This document shows, one piece after another, positions 14,336-27,003 of a DNA stretch of 64,000 bases; the stretch's first letter is position 1, and each line of letters opens with the position of its first letter. The DNA lies in assembly GCF_009914755.1 (NCBI RefSeq), contig NC_060929.1. One strand, given 5' to 3'. The translations under genes and the position numbers were made by a program. This DNA comes from the human T2T-CHM13v2.0 reference genome, Homo sapiens. Below the pieces are notes generated by a model. It saw only the letters and a program-made list of their open reading frames with translations. It was not told the DNA's origin and searched no databases.

Positions 14336-15014
14336 TATCTAGAGGTATTATAGGAATGAATTGCATACAGTTAGAATAAAATTGTGTACAGTTAGAACCA
14401 AAAATAACTTCAGCAAATCTTTGGTTTTGTCTCTTTAAAATCAACACTACACCAGCAAATGCATAAAGGAAATCGAATAGAAGATATCAGAGTGCATTGC
14501 ATATAAAAAGGGAAAGCATAATTTGTATAAGCATGTCTATTTACATACATTCATATGAAAGAACTGGGTACAGATATAAAATGTTTTTCTTATTAGGTCA
14601 GGGTCAAAAAAGCTTGGAAACCACTGATCTAGATAAACTCCTTTCACAGATGAAGAAACTGAGGCCCAAGGAGATTAAAAGTCTTCCTTAAAGTTACACA
14701 AACAAAAAGATAGCCAATTCCGGACTAGAATCTAGTTTCCGTGACTACTTTCAGGGTGCCCCTTGACCCTCTGTTTCCTGTGTGTTTTGGTTTCCTCTTC
14801 TCAGCACTATGACAAACTTCCTGAAGGCAAGGATTATGTCTTCAATTCTTTAGGGTTACCCACATTTATCCATTTCTTTGCTTTCCACATCCCGCTTCTC
14901 TCCTATGGATTCCATTCTTTTTCTTATTGAAGTAATTTTTCCGCAAAGCTCTCTTTTGTTCTTTGCTTGAAATTGTTTTTGTTTTGGTCTCACTTTGAAT
15001 GATAGTTCACTTCA

Positions 15015-15170
15015 TCAGGGATTCTCAAACTGTAATGAGCATTTAAAACACCAGGGATCCTGTTAAACTGCAGACCATGATGCAGTAGGTCTGGGATAGA
15101 TTCTGCATTTCTTACTCACTTCCAGGTGATTCTGGTGCTGCCGGTCCTTGGACCACAGTTTGAGTAGCAA
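15015..15170. mobile_element. MER5A MITE inside an old L1M fragment
   Basis: TTCTCAAACTG..GATTCTGCATTTCT..CCAGGTGATTCTGGTGCTGCCGGTCCTTGGACCACAGTTTGAGTAGCA. Confidence 0.75.
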
Positions 15171-17149
15171 GAGTTTAGCAGATTCAGAATTCTACATTGA
15201 CACTTACTTTCCACTCCTCCCATCCCGCCCCCAAATGCTTTGAAGATATTTTCTTGTCTTGTGGCTTCTATTATTGCTAATGAGAAATTTTATAACAGTC
15301 TAATATTTGTTTTTAAGAAACTTCTCAATCCCTCTGATTACTTTCAAAATTTTTATCTATCTTTGTTGTGTTCTAATTGTGTTGTGATGCACCTAGATTT
15401 ATGTTTATTTATTCGACTTGGGATGACTTCTTCAATCTGAGGATTGAGCCTCTCATCACTTCTGAAAATTATCAGTCACTACTCCCTGCAATATGGCCTT
15501 ATGGATCTTGCATTCCAGCAGGAGGAGACACACAATAAGCAAAAGACATAAATAAGTAGTGGTCACTTAAGAGGTAAGGGGTTCTAGGGCAAAAAGAAAA
15601 GGCTGCTGTGGGTGGGGATGGAGGTGCAATTTCAAATATGATAGTCAGGGTCAGGCTCACTGGGAATGTGACATTTTAGTAAAGACGTGGAGCATGCTGG
15701 AGAGACAGAGTTCCAGGCAGATGGGAGGCAGTACCAATTCTTTAGTAGAGACTGGGGGTGGGGGTGAAAGAGGAGAGAGGGAGAATCATACAGGGGCTTA
15801 GCACTGGAGTACCAAAGAAGTAAAAGGCATTTTAATCCTTAAGAAGTTTAACAGAAAAAAAAAAAAAAAAAACAGATTAGAAGCACTGAAAATATGATCC
15901 ACTGGAAAATGCTGAATTACAGAGTCCTAAGAGTGCTCAGGGGAGAGGCAGGAGTGAAAGCACAAAAGTGGTCCTGCAATGCAAATACTCCTCCCTGAAA
16001 GCCCCTGGCCAAAACATAATGCATTTTACTGTCTAGAGAACGCTACTGGGTAAACAGAACACTCATCTGGTAGCAGAAAAAAATGCTAGAAAATAGGCCT
16101 GTAAAAATAAAAATCCAGTCATGAATTTAATGTCCTTTCAAGAGGATTTTTGAGATAGGTTCCTCTTGGATTGTATCCCTCTAAAAATCCCATGTTCACA
16201 TAACCAAATGTGGGGCAAGTTTTAATCAGGCATAACAACTACGTTTCATTTTCTCTTCCACTTCCAGGATGATCAGAAGTAAATGTTCCAATTGCAGTAA
16301 ATCCATGCAAAAAGCTTTTTTGGCTTATTACACCCCATACCCCCACATACGCTATTTATCTTTTTTGTTTGTACTATTGGTCCTATTCAATATGTGTCTT
16401 TTATTGTAAGCAATTTCAAACCTGATTAGAAGGGAAGTTGTGGAAAAGAGTACAAAAAAAGTGAAGTAATTTCTAGAAATCTAGACTTGATTCTCATGTG
16501 AATCCCTGGGATAGCTGAGAGCCCTAAGAGTTCTGTGAGTACCAGCAAAACAAGGGATATGACAGCATCATCCAGGAATTTTGCCCTAAAATTGAGGGGA
16601 AAGGTCTTTCTTCTGCCCCACTTCTTGTCTCAGGACTCAGAATAAAGCCAAGCCTATCTTTACTTGACTCAACAATGGCCCCTGGAGACAATGGGCCAGT
16701 TATCCCTTAGCCAGGCTCTGTCACATTCATGTCCATACACTCCTCAGCCATCTTGCTTCATATCTAAATTAAGTCCTGGTCACTCCCTGTGCTCCTTGTC
16801 CCACCTCTTTGCTGGGTTCTCTCCAGTGTATCATCTGCCTTTTAGTTACAGCTGTTTGATGTGGGGGATGACGTGTCATGGCAGGAAAAGTACTGGCCTT
16901 GGAGCCAACTCCTTGAAGACCAAAATATAAGTCTTGGCCCTGCTCGTGATCTTGGACTCTACGCACTAGTTTCTGCATCTGTTAAGCAACAACAACAAAA
17001 ACATGGGGGCTAATAGTACGTACTGTGCCAACTCATAGAGTAATATCAAATTCAATAATGAAATGTAAGAGCACTTTGTCACCAGGATGATCAACACTAG
17101 AGCTTCCCAAACTTTAAATTGCTTCAAAATCCCCCAGGGAGTCTGTATA

Positions 17150-17850
17150 AAGGGGAAAAACAGATAATAAACATATTAAACTACGAAAATATATATAGTT
17201 TTTTAGAAGGTAGTCAGTGCAAAGGTGAAATCCAAAGCATGGCAAGGGAGTGCAGGGGAAGGATGACTTCAATTAGGATGGTCACAGCAAGTCTCACTGA
17301 GAAGGTGATGTCTGAAAAGACTTAAAAGGGGTGATCGTCATGCCAATATCTGGGAGAAAAGTGGTCAGGAAGAGGAAATGGAACAAGAAGGGCAAAGGCC
17401 CTCTGGGGAGAGCATGCTTACTGTGTTCAAGGAACAAGAGGACCAGAATGGCTAGAGGAGAAAGGATTCAAGGAGACTAGAGAGAAAATGGGGCCATATC
17501 CTCCAGGGCCCCATACGTTGCAGTAAGGGCTTTTGACTTTTACTCTGAGTGAGATGGATGCCACTGGAGGAGGCCATAAAATGCCTTGTGTTTTGAGTGG
17601 ACATCTGACTGTGGCACCAAGAATAGCCTGTAGGGAAATAAAGTAGAAGCTGAGAAACCAGGTAGGAGATGATGGCATTAACCCAGGTGAGCCAACAAGG
17701 TGTCCTGGACCAGGACGGTTCTGGTGGAGGAGGAGAGAGTGGTTGGAATCTACACCCGTGCTGAAGGCAGAGCCAGCCAGATTTACAGATGAACTTGGGA
17801 GGTGAGAGGAAGAGAGGGTGAAGTCACGGATGACATAAACGATAGGGAAG
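17150..17850 (-). mobile_element. L2 fragment; further pieces near 18180-18240 and 20330-20960
   Basis: L2-type motifs such as CTCACTGAGAAGGTGATG, GGGCAAAGGCCCT and CTTTTGACTTTTACTCTGAGTGAGATGG. Confidence 0.65.
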
Positions 17851-17874
17851 CCACTAACTCAAAGATTTGTCAGC

Positions 17875-18165
17875 AGCTCGGTGTGGTGTCTCAAGCCTAT
17901 AATCCCAGCACTTTGGGAGGCCAAGGCAGGTGGATTGCTTGAGCCCAGGAGTTTGAGACTAGCCTGGGCAATAAAGAAAGACCTCGTTTCTACAAATTAA
18001 AAAAACAAAAATAGCCAGTCTTGGTGATATGTGCCTGTGGTCCCAGCTACTTGGGAGGCTGAGATGGGAAAATCACTTGAGCCCAGGGAGTCAAGGCTGG
18101 AGTGAGCCATAGTGGTGCAACTGCACTCCAGCCTGGGTGACAGAGCAAGACTCCGTCTCAAAAAT
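17875..18165 (+). mobile_element. AluJ
   Basis: Dimeric Alu with the AluJ diagnostic GCTTGAGCCCAGGAGTT and a degenerate TSD AAAGATTTGTCAGC/AAAGATCTGTGAGT. Confidence 0.92.
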
Positions 18166-18249
18166 AAAGATCTGTGAGTAGTGATTGTGAGTAGGACAGA
18201 TGTTGATGGGAGAATTAGAAGTTCAGTTTTAGGCAAGTTGGTTTCTTAA

Positions 18250-20310
18250 GCTTAAATGAATATATCGAAAAATGAACACATTTTAAGTGGGCAGCTCGTT
18301 GAATTTGTACACAGAGAACATACCAAGTTACTCCCCTCAAGATCAAAAAGAGAATATTCTGTCCAACAGAGAAGCTTCCTTCACACACCTCTTGGTCATC
18401 ACCTATCCCAAAGATAACTGTTATTCTGACATTCATAAACATAGATTAGTTTTGCCTGGCTTTGGACTTCATGTAAATAAATGGAATTACACAATATCAA
18501 CTCTTGTGTTTGACTTTTTTCATTCAGTATGAACTTTGTGAGAATCATCCACATTGTTAAATATAACAATGGTTCATATATTTTCCATTGTTGTGCATTA
18601 TTCTATTGTTTGAATACATCACAACTCATTTATCCATTCAATTATTGATGGATATTAGGCTTGTTTTCAATTTGGACTATTACTGATACTGCTGCCATGA
18701 GCTCTCTTGTACATACTTTTGTCGCACATATATGTGCATCTGTCCTGGGTATATATCCATATATACATATGTCTAATGCATCTTTTCATTTAGAACCTAG
18801 CCAAGATGCCATAAGGAAGCCCAGGCCGCCAGGAAGAAAGACTCATGTGAAGGAGAATCAAAGCAAAAGTCAAACACAAAAGAGTTTATTTTGTATAATT
18901 CTATTTACGTGAATTTCAAAAACAGAAAAAACTAATTCATATTGAATTCCTAAGTGATAGCCAGTACCAGCTTGCAGCCATGTGGGTGACTTGCTGGATC
19001 ACGCAAAACAGATTCCCAGTGTTATGCACCAACTTAAAGTCCCACCAGCAATATTTAAAGAGTCTATATTGCTCTGCATCCTCCCCAATAGTTGTGCTGC
19101 CAGATTTGTTTGTCTGCTTTTTTCATTTTAGCCATCTGGATCGGTATGTAGTGTTATCTTGTAATTCTCTGATAACAACTTGTATTTCTCTGATAACACA
19201 TGGTGAGCACATTTTGATGCCTATTGGTAATTTGAATAACCTTTTTTTGCAAAGTACTTGTTCAAGTTGTCTGTGAATCTTTTAATTAATTGCTGTGGTT
19301 GATTAAAGATGGCTACAAGTTCTTTGCAGCCATTCCCCATACACTCTGAGTGGTGGAGTAGATTTCTCCACCCTGCTGAATCTGGGCTAAGCCATTGACT
19401 ACTTTGATCAGTAGAATACAGTAGAAATTATGCACTGCCAGTTCTGAGCCTAACCTTGAAGAGGGCTGACAGCTTCTGTGTCCTCTCACTTAGAACCTAG
19501 CTACCATGCTACAAGGAAACTCAACAAATCATATGGGAATGCCCATATGGAAAATAATTAAGGTCTCAGGCTAACAGCTCCAGCTGGATTCCCAAGTGAC
19601 AGCCAGCACCAATTTGTGGGCCATGTGAATGGCCAGTCTTGGAAGTGGATTCTCCAATCCCCGTCAAGCCACCTCATCTGATGCCATGTGGAGCAGAGAC
19701 ATGCTGTGCCCCCTGAGCTCTGCCCAAATTGCAAAACTAACAAATTGCTCAAATTACAAGAATAACATGGTTACTTTTTTAAAGCCACTAAGTTTTGAGG
19801 TGGTTTGTTATGAGGCAATAGGTAAGTAAAAATAGCTTTCTGTCTTTTCTTACTGATTTTCAGGAAATTGGGGCATATACTGAATATGAATCCTTTGTTG
19901 CAAGTATGTTCTTCAAATATTTTCTCCCAATCTGTGGCTTGCTATTTCCCTCCCTTAATGATGTCTTTAATTGGAATGAAATCCAATGTATCAGTCTTTT
20001 CCTTTATCTTAGTGTTTTAATGAAGGAATTGCTCCTTGCTCCAATGTTATAAATATTTTCCCCTGTATTACATTCTAGAAATTGGAAGGTTTTCTTTTTT
20101 ATACTAAAACCTGAAATTCATCTGGAACTGATTTTGCTTATGATATGAGATAGGGGTTGAGATTCACTTTTTTTCCATATAGATATCTAATTCACCATTG
20201 CAATTATTGAAAAGGCCATCCTTTTCCTGCATTGTAATATTACCCTGCTCCTAAATTAAGTGATTGCATGTGAGATCTGTTTCTGGACTTACTGTTCTGT
20301 TCCATTTGCA
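18250..20310 (-). mobile_element. Old L1M (L1MC/L1ME-like) 3' region, fragmented by MLT1 pieces
   Basis: Antisense L1 3' motifs (TTTATCCATTCA..TTGATGGA, TCCCACCAGCAAT, TCTCCCAATCTGTGGCTTG). Confidence 0.65.
19292..19833 (+). mobile_element. MLT1F/G-like LTR
   Basis: AAAGATGGCTACAAGTTCTTTG..CAGCCAGCACCAA..CTGCCCAAATTGCAAA..TAAAGCCACTAAGTTTTGAGGTGGTTTGTTATG. Confidence 0.7.
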
Positions 20311-21098
20311 TAAGTTAAATTTAAATTTTCTGTTAGCTCAATTAAGTGGAGCAGTCAATTAAGCAGTTAGATACATGAGTTTGAAATCCAAAGCAGATAT
20401 TTAGGATGAAGATATAAATTTGGGAATCATATGTTTATTGGTTTTCTGAAAAGCCAATCTCAATGGAACTGGATGAAATCACCCAGGGAATATAAGTGTA
20501 GATGAGTAGAGGGGAAGCCCAGGCACTGAATCCTAGGATCCTTCAACATTAAGAGGCTGGGAAAAAGAAAGAACTGGAAAAATGGAGAGGCAAGTGTACA
20601 ACATGCACACTAGAAAAAGTTCTTCACAGAATAACTTCACGTCAACTGCGTCAGTGACAATGATAAGTCAACTCAGGACTGATAATTTACTGTTGGCTTT
20701 ATCAATGTGGGGACTACTGTGACCTCGACCAGAGGAACTGACAAGACACTCCTTGAAAGGAGGAGTGATGGAGACAAATTCTCGAATCGTAGAGTTTAGG
20801 AAAGAATAGGAAAAGGAGTAATGAGAGACAGTGATTTTGCTGCAAATACTGTCAGTAGTTTTGTTACAGATGTGGAGCAGAGTTGCCAACTCAGGTGCTG
20901 GGCTTGTCAAGGAGGGTTGTTGTTGTTATTGTTGTTAAATATGGAAGAAATAACAGCAAGATGGTGCAATGAAGGGGAAATTAACAATGCAGGAAAAATA
21001 ATTTGCTATTACACCTCAGCACTGATTACTTTTGCAGGCTAGCATCTCTTCCCTTGCACCCTCTGGGTCTTGGAGACTGGTGCACAGGTCAGGGAAGT

Positions 21099-21472
21099 TG
21101 TTACAAACTGAATGTTTCTGTTCCCATTAAAGTCATAGATTGAAGCCCCAAACCCAGTGTGATGGTATGTGGAGGCCGGGCCTTTGGGAGGTAATTATTA
21201 ACAGGTTTAGATGAGGCACTGTGAGTAGAACCCCTAGGCTGAATTAGTGCCATTATAAGATGAAGAGACAGCAGAGTTTCCTCCCTCTGCCGTGTGAAGA
21301 TGCAGCAAGAAGTCAGCCAGTGCCTGCAAGCCAGAAAGAGGGCCCTTGCCCTGAACCTGACCATCCTGGTGCCCTGATCTCAGACTTCTAGCCTTCAGAA
21401 CTTTGAGAAAGGAGTATCTGTTTTTTAAGTCACCTACTCCACAGTGTTCTATTATAGAAGCCTCAGCTAAAA
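21099..21472 (+). mobile_element. MLT1A-type LTR
   Basis: CTGAATGTTT..GGGCCTTTGGGAGGTAATT..CTGCAAGCCAGAAAGAGGGCCCT..GATCTCAGACTTCTAGCC. Confidence 0.75.
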
Positions 21473-22039
21473 AAAGAAGATTTTAGAGGATTATGGGGAA
21501 CAGACTTAGCTAGGACATCAACGTTAAAGATGTTGCACAATGAGCAAGGCAGATATCCTGGGGTCCTGGCAAATGAAGGAGAGAGGAGCGCATAGTCCTG
21601 AAAGCAGGAAAGGCAAGTTTTACCCAGATCGCAAAGGTATCCAGGACCAGTCCTAATTCCATCTCCTCTAACTATCCAGGAAGGATTCCTCTAAAGTTCT
21701 GATGATATTAATGGAGACCCTCTTTCTTCTCTTTCCTTTCACAGCTGGTGTGGACCAGCATCCATCAGTTCACATACGAAGAAAATGTCCAGATGGATGT
21801 CCTGTGCTCTCTCATGGGTCCTCCTGGTCTCCGTCTGCAAATTCATTGCCAATTTGCCATCCTTCAAACAAAGAGTAGTGTGATTCTATGGAAAGATGAT
21901 GAGCACCCAGGTCTGGTCCTGCCATAGTGACTAGGAGCAAGTCAGTGGGCCTCCCTCAGTTTCAGTATCCTTGGGTGAAAAATGCGCACCGCCTGTCAGA
22001 TCTTTTTCTGTCTTCTGATTATATTTTCCTCACCTTCAG

Positions 22040-22420
22040 GATTTTTTTGTATTATAAATGAACAGTTTATAATTGTGTAAATTTGTGGGTATAAAATAAT
22101 GTTATGATTTATGAATACAATGTGGAATAATTAAATCAAGCCAGTGAACACATCCATCATCTCAAATGCAGTACCTAACAGTTTTTGTGATAATATTTTA
22201 AATGTACTGTCTTAGAAATTTTGAAATGTACAATACTCTGTTATTAACTGTATCTACCATGGTATGCAATATAATTCAAAACAAGAAAAAATATATATTC
22301 CTCCTGTGTGAGATTTTGTACCTTTTGACCATCATCTCCCCCTTCCCTTCCCTTCACCCGCTAGCCTCTGTATCCCCAGTCTTCCCTTCACCCCCATTCT
22401 ACTCTCTGCTTCTATGAGGA
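22040..22420 (-). mobile_element. L1MA-type 3' end fragment
   Basis: AATCAAGCCAGTGAACACATCCATCATCTCAAAT..TTTTGAAATGTACAATAC..CCATTCTACTCTCTGCTTCTATGAG. Confidence 0.7.
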
Positions 22421-23856
22421 TTATAACTTCTATTGATTCCATTAACATTTATCTAACATATCCAATCAAGAATTACTACTTAACAGTTATGCACTTAGTG
22501 CTGTGCTATGTGTTGAGGTTACAAAAAGTGAAGTATAGGCTAGTGGGAGAAAGCCAATGAGAATGAAAAGAATCACAATCCAATGGAAATGACAGGTGAG
22601 GAAAGCACAGGGGTGTCTGGGGGTACATCAACTGAGGAAGAGAAGCTGAAGAGCAATTTTGTTCTAAGAGTGAGTAGGCTTGTTCTCAATCAGATTTTAA
22701 CTTAGTAGCCTATTTCTTCATCTTTGCCTCAGATACCTACAACTCTAGCTCTTTATATATTGGGTCTCTGTTGATACTGAAACATTTCCAAACAAGTTTC
22801 CAAGCAACATAAACTATTGTTTCCCTCAGTAAGTGTGTAGTTAACGGCGCTTCCTCTCCAGGGTGCAGGGGTCAAGAATGAAAAACAAACAGCCTCTCAG
22901 TCTATGAGCTGATCACTCAAGCTGTATCCTTAAAAAATGTTAATCAGACTTCTACACAAAACAGCTGCTTGGAGGACAAAAGGAAGGTTCAATTCTGCCA
23001 TTTTGGAAAGATAAGTCACACAGCAAGGTCAAAGCATGTGGTACAATGTTGGATAAACAAGTAAGAAACTCCAATCTTGAAACCTACAGGTAGTAAGTAG
23101 TCTGTGTTTTACAAGAGACATTAACTTGAACTTTAGTGGAAACTGCCTTGCACTAGAATTAGAAGAATCAGGTTTGGTTATCAATTCATTCATACCTGCA
23201 ATTTATCATTTAGTCAGTCAAGAAATATTTATGATTCCACAGAATGGAATTCTCCTCACCCTCTTCATTCTTCCCTCTCTAAACCCTGAATACTCAAGGG
23301 TCTCAAGTTCCTGCCTTTTCCATTAAACATCCTAATAGGAGTTCTTTATATTGTTATCATGGAAAATACCAAACATTACAAAAATAGAATGGTATAATGA
23401 ACCTCCATGTACTCCTCACCCATTTTCAGCAATGATCAATTCTTGGACAATCTCATTTAATCTATACCCACCCACTTCCCCCAAACCACATCCTGGATTA
23501 TTTTGTGGCAAATTCCAGACAGCAGATAATGTCATCAGAAAATATTTGAGTATGTATCTCCAAAAACACAGATTCTCTTTTAAAAAAAAATACAACTGCA
23601 ATGCTCTTTTCACGCCTAAAGAAATTAGCCATAATTCTTTAATTTATCAAATAGTCAGTCAGTATCCAGATGTCCCTGATCATCTCATTTTTTAAAATAT
23701 GTGACTTTTTCTCCACCTTTCTCTTTTCCATTTAACATTATATCATGTAAATCTTTCCATAGTAGAATATAGAGATACTTAAAAGATCCTTTTCATATAA
23801 ATAGAGCATTGAGGTTTTATCATGTGAAAAGAGAGCAAGGTATGGATTTATTTGTC

Positions 23857-25565
23857 TTTTTAAAAATAAATGTTACTGTGTACATTTGAGGTTTACAACA
23901 TAGGATATATGTAGATAGCAAAATAAATCTGTGGTGAAGCAGTTTAACATATCTATCATCTCACATAGTTACTTTGTTGTGACAAGAGCAGGTAAAATCT
24001 ACTTATTTTCTACAACAAAAATCCCTAATATTATATAATTTTATTAATTTTAGTACTCATGTTACATTAGATCTCTAAACTATTTTATATATATCTTATA
24101 TATTTGCTGTTTTCATCCTTTGACCTACAGGTCCACATTTCCTCTCCCCCATCCCCCTGATGACCACTGTTTCATTCTCTGGGTATACAAGCTCTTTCTT
24201 AAAAATATGCCACATATAAGTGACATCATGCAATTATTTTTCTTTCTGTGTCTAGCTTAACTTAGCATAATGTCCTAATGGCAGGATCTCCTTCTTTTTT
24301 AAGACTGAATTGTATTCCATATATACACATTTCCTTTATCCATTTGTCTGTTTATAGATACTTAAGTTTTTTCCATATTGGCTATTGTGAGTAATGCTGT
24401 AATTCACATGAGTGTAGATCTATGTATGAGGTGGTGATTTCCTCTCTTTGGGGTATACTCAGAGGAGGGATTGCTGGGTCACATGTTAGTTCTATTTTTA
24501 ATTTCTTTAGGAATCTCCATATTGTTTTCCATTGTTTTCCATAATGGCTGTACCAATCTACATTTCCACCAATGGTGTACTAGGGTACCCTTTGCTCCAC
24601 ACCCTCACCAACGTTGGTTATCTCTTGTCTTTTTGGTAATAGCCAAACTTACCAGTGTGAGGTGATATCTCATAGTGATTTTAATTTGCATTTCCTTGAT
24701 GATTAGTGATGTTCAGTACTTTTTCATATAACTGTTAGTTATTTGTATGTCTTCTATTAAGAAATATCTATTCAAGTCCTTTTCTTATTTTTTAATCAAA
24801 TTATTTTGTTTTCTGCTATTGAGTTGTAAGAATTTTTAAATAAATTTTAGATATTAACCTCTTATCAGTTATATAGTTTACAAATTTTTTTCCCAGTATG
24901 TAGGTTGCCTTTTCATTTTGTTGATTGTTTCCTTTGCTGTGCAAAGCTTTGTACTTTGATGTGGTCCTATTTATTTATTTTTGCTTTTGTAGCCTGAGCT
25001 TTTGGTGTGATATCCAAAAAAAGTCATTGCCAAGGCCAATGTTCAAGGAGCTTTTTCCTTATGTTATCTTCCATGAGTTTTATGGTTTTAAGTTTTACAT
25101 TTAGATCTTTTAACCATTTGAATTTTTTGTATGATGTAAAATCAAATTTCATTATTTTGTCAGTGGAAATCTAGTTTTCTCAGCATCATTTATTTAAGAG
25201 ACTATTCTTTTTTCATTGTGTCCTCTTGATGCCCTTGTTAAAAATTAGTTGGTTAGGATTTATTTCTAGGCACTCTGATTTGTTCCATTGGTCTATGTTT
25301 CTGTTTTTATGCCAGTATCATACTGTTTTGATTACTGTAGCTTTGTACTATAATTTTAAATTTCGACATGTGATGCCTCCAACTTTGTTTATCTTTCTCG
25401 GTTTTGCTTTAGCTATTTGCAGTTTGTTTTTGTTTTTGTTTTTGTTTTTTGCATGGTTCTATACAAATTTTAGGATTCTTTTTCTAGTTCTGTGAAGAAC
25501 ACCATTGAAATTTTCATAGGAATTGTGTTAAGTCTGTGTATTACTTTGGGAAGCATGGACATTAT
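23857..25565 (-). mobile_element. L1MA9/10-like 3' end (3' UTR plus the end of ORF2)
   Basis: 1.7 kb of antisense L1, including GGATTGCTGGGTCACATG, CATAATGGCTGTACCAATCTACATTTCCACCA and TTGATTACTGTAGCTTTGTA. Confidence 0.85.
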
Positions 25566-26563
25566 AAACGATCCACTCAGAAGAATCTGAGATACCCAAA
25601 CACTTCCTGTAGTAAGGACTAAGGAGCCATCTCATCTGGGGGCCATCAGTGATGGACTTCCTACCTCAACCTAGATGAGAAGGACAAAGAGGCAGTAAAA
25701 GGAAAGAGGCAGGAGACCAAGGAAAGAAGCAGCTCACAGTACCCATGGGGAGCTAAAAGTTGGCCATCTCGGAAGGGAAAAGGAATATTCTCCATCCTCT
25801 TGCTGCCATTTTGTATTTGTGATTATCTGGTAACAATTGGTTTCTTTTCTGCTGTTGAAGGACACATGCAAGCCCTTCTAGGTATTGCTGGGCATGGTGA
25901 GTGGCTGACATTTATTTAGGAGTCTCTGGAACTGGCTAACTGTGGCCTTGGAAAAATCACTTTATTTCTCCAGGTTTCAGCTGTGCCACCTGTAAATAGG
26001 GACTGGGTTATATAATTTCAAATGTTCCTTCAAATTCTAGCACTGTTTAGATGTTTTCAATCAAAAATTGAAATCACAGAATTATTTGGGAGCAATCAAA
26101 GTAAAATACTAGGATTTTGCTCTTTGCAGGGGGAATTTTATCTTTGAAATGAAGAGCAACAGATTTAAATTAAACATAAAGCAAACTGCCAACAATAATC
26201 AAGTTGTTATCACGTTGGAATATGTTAAAAGCACCACCTGCATTATTTGCTTTTAAGTATGCTTTTGCGTTTCCTATCCTGGACCTCTTAGAAGAACTTT
26301 ATACAGATCTTTTAACATATGTTTATTAGACTATGAGTGGCATTTGCACAAGATCTAAAGACAACTGATAAACAGTTTATTGGTAGAGGAGATAATAAAC
26401 TGTTCTGTAGCCAGTAGAACTGAAGTCGGTTTTGACTGAGAGAAGAAATTTCTGTTTGATTATGGAGTTGGGTTTTTTAATTACTAAACTATATATTGCT
26501 ATAGCTTAATATATAAAAAAAATTTGGAAAATATAGATCAGGAGAATAATCTCATGCGATCCT

Positions 26564-27003
26564 ATTCGCAATAACAAAGACATAGACAACCTAAATGCCC
26601 ATCAATGATAGACTAGATAAGAAAATGTGGTGCATATGCACCATAGAATATTATGCAGCATGAAAAAGAACAAGATCATGTCCTTTGCAAGGACATGGAT
26701 GGAGCTGGAGGCTGTTATCCTTAGCAAAGTAATGCATGAACAGAAAACCAAATACAGCATGTTCTCACCTATGAGTGGGAGCTAAATGATGAAAACACAT
26801 GGACACATAGAGGAAAACAACATACACTGCGGCCTTTCAGAGGGTGGAGTGTGAGAGGAGGGAGAGGATCAGGAAAAATAACTAATGGGTACTACCCTTA
26901 ATACCTGGGTCGTGAAATAATTTGTACAACAAACCTTCATGACACAAGTCTACCTGTGTAACAAACCTGCACTTGTACCACAGAACCTAAAAGTTAAAAT
27001 AAT
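26564..27003 (+). mobile_element. 5'-truncated L1PA13-16-type 3' end
   Basis: AAATGCCCATCAATGATAGACT..CATGTTCTCAC..GGGAGAGGATCAGGAAAAATAACTAATGGG..AAACCTGCAC followed by an A-rich tail. Confidence 0.88.
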
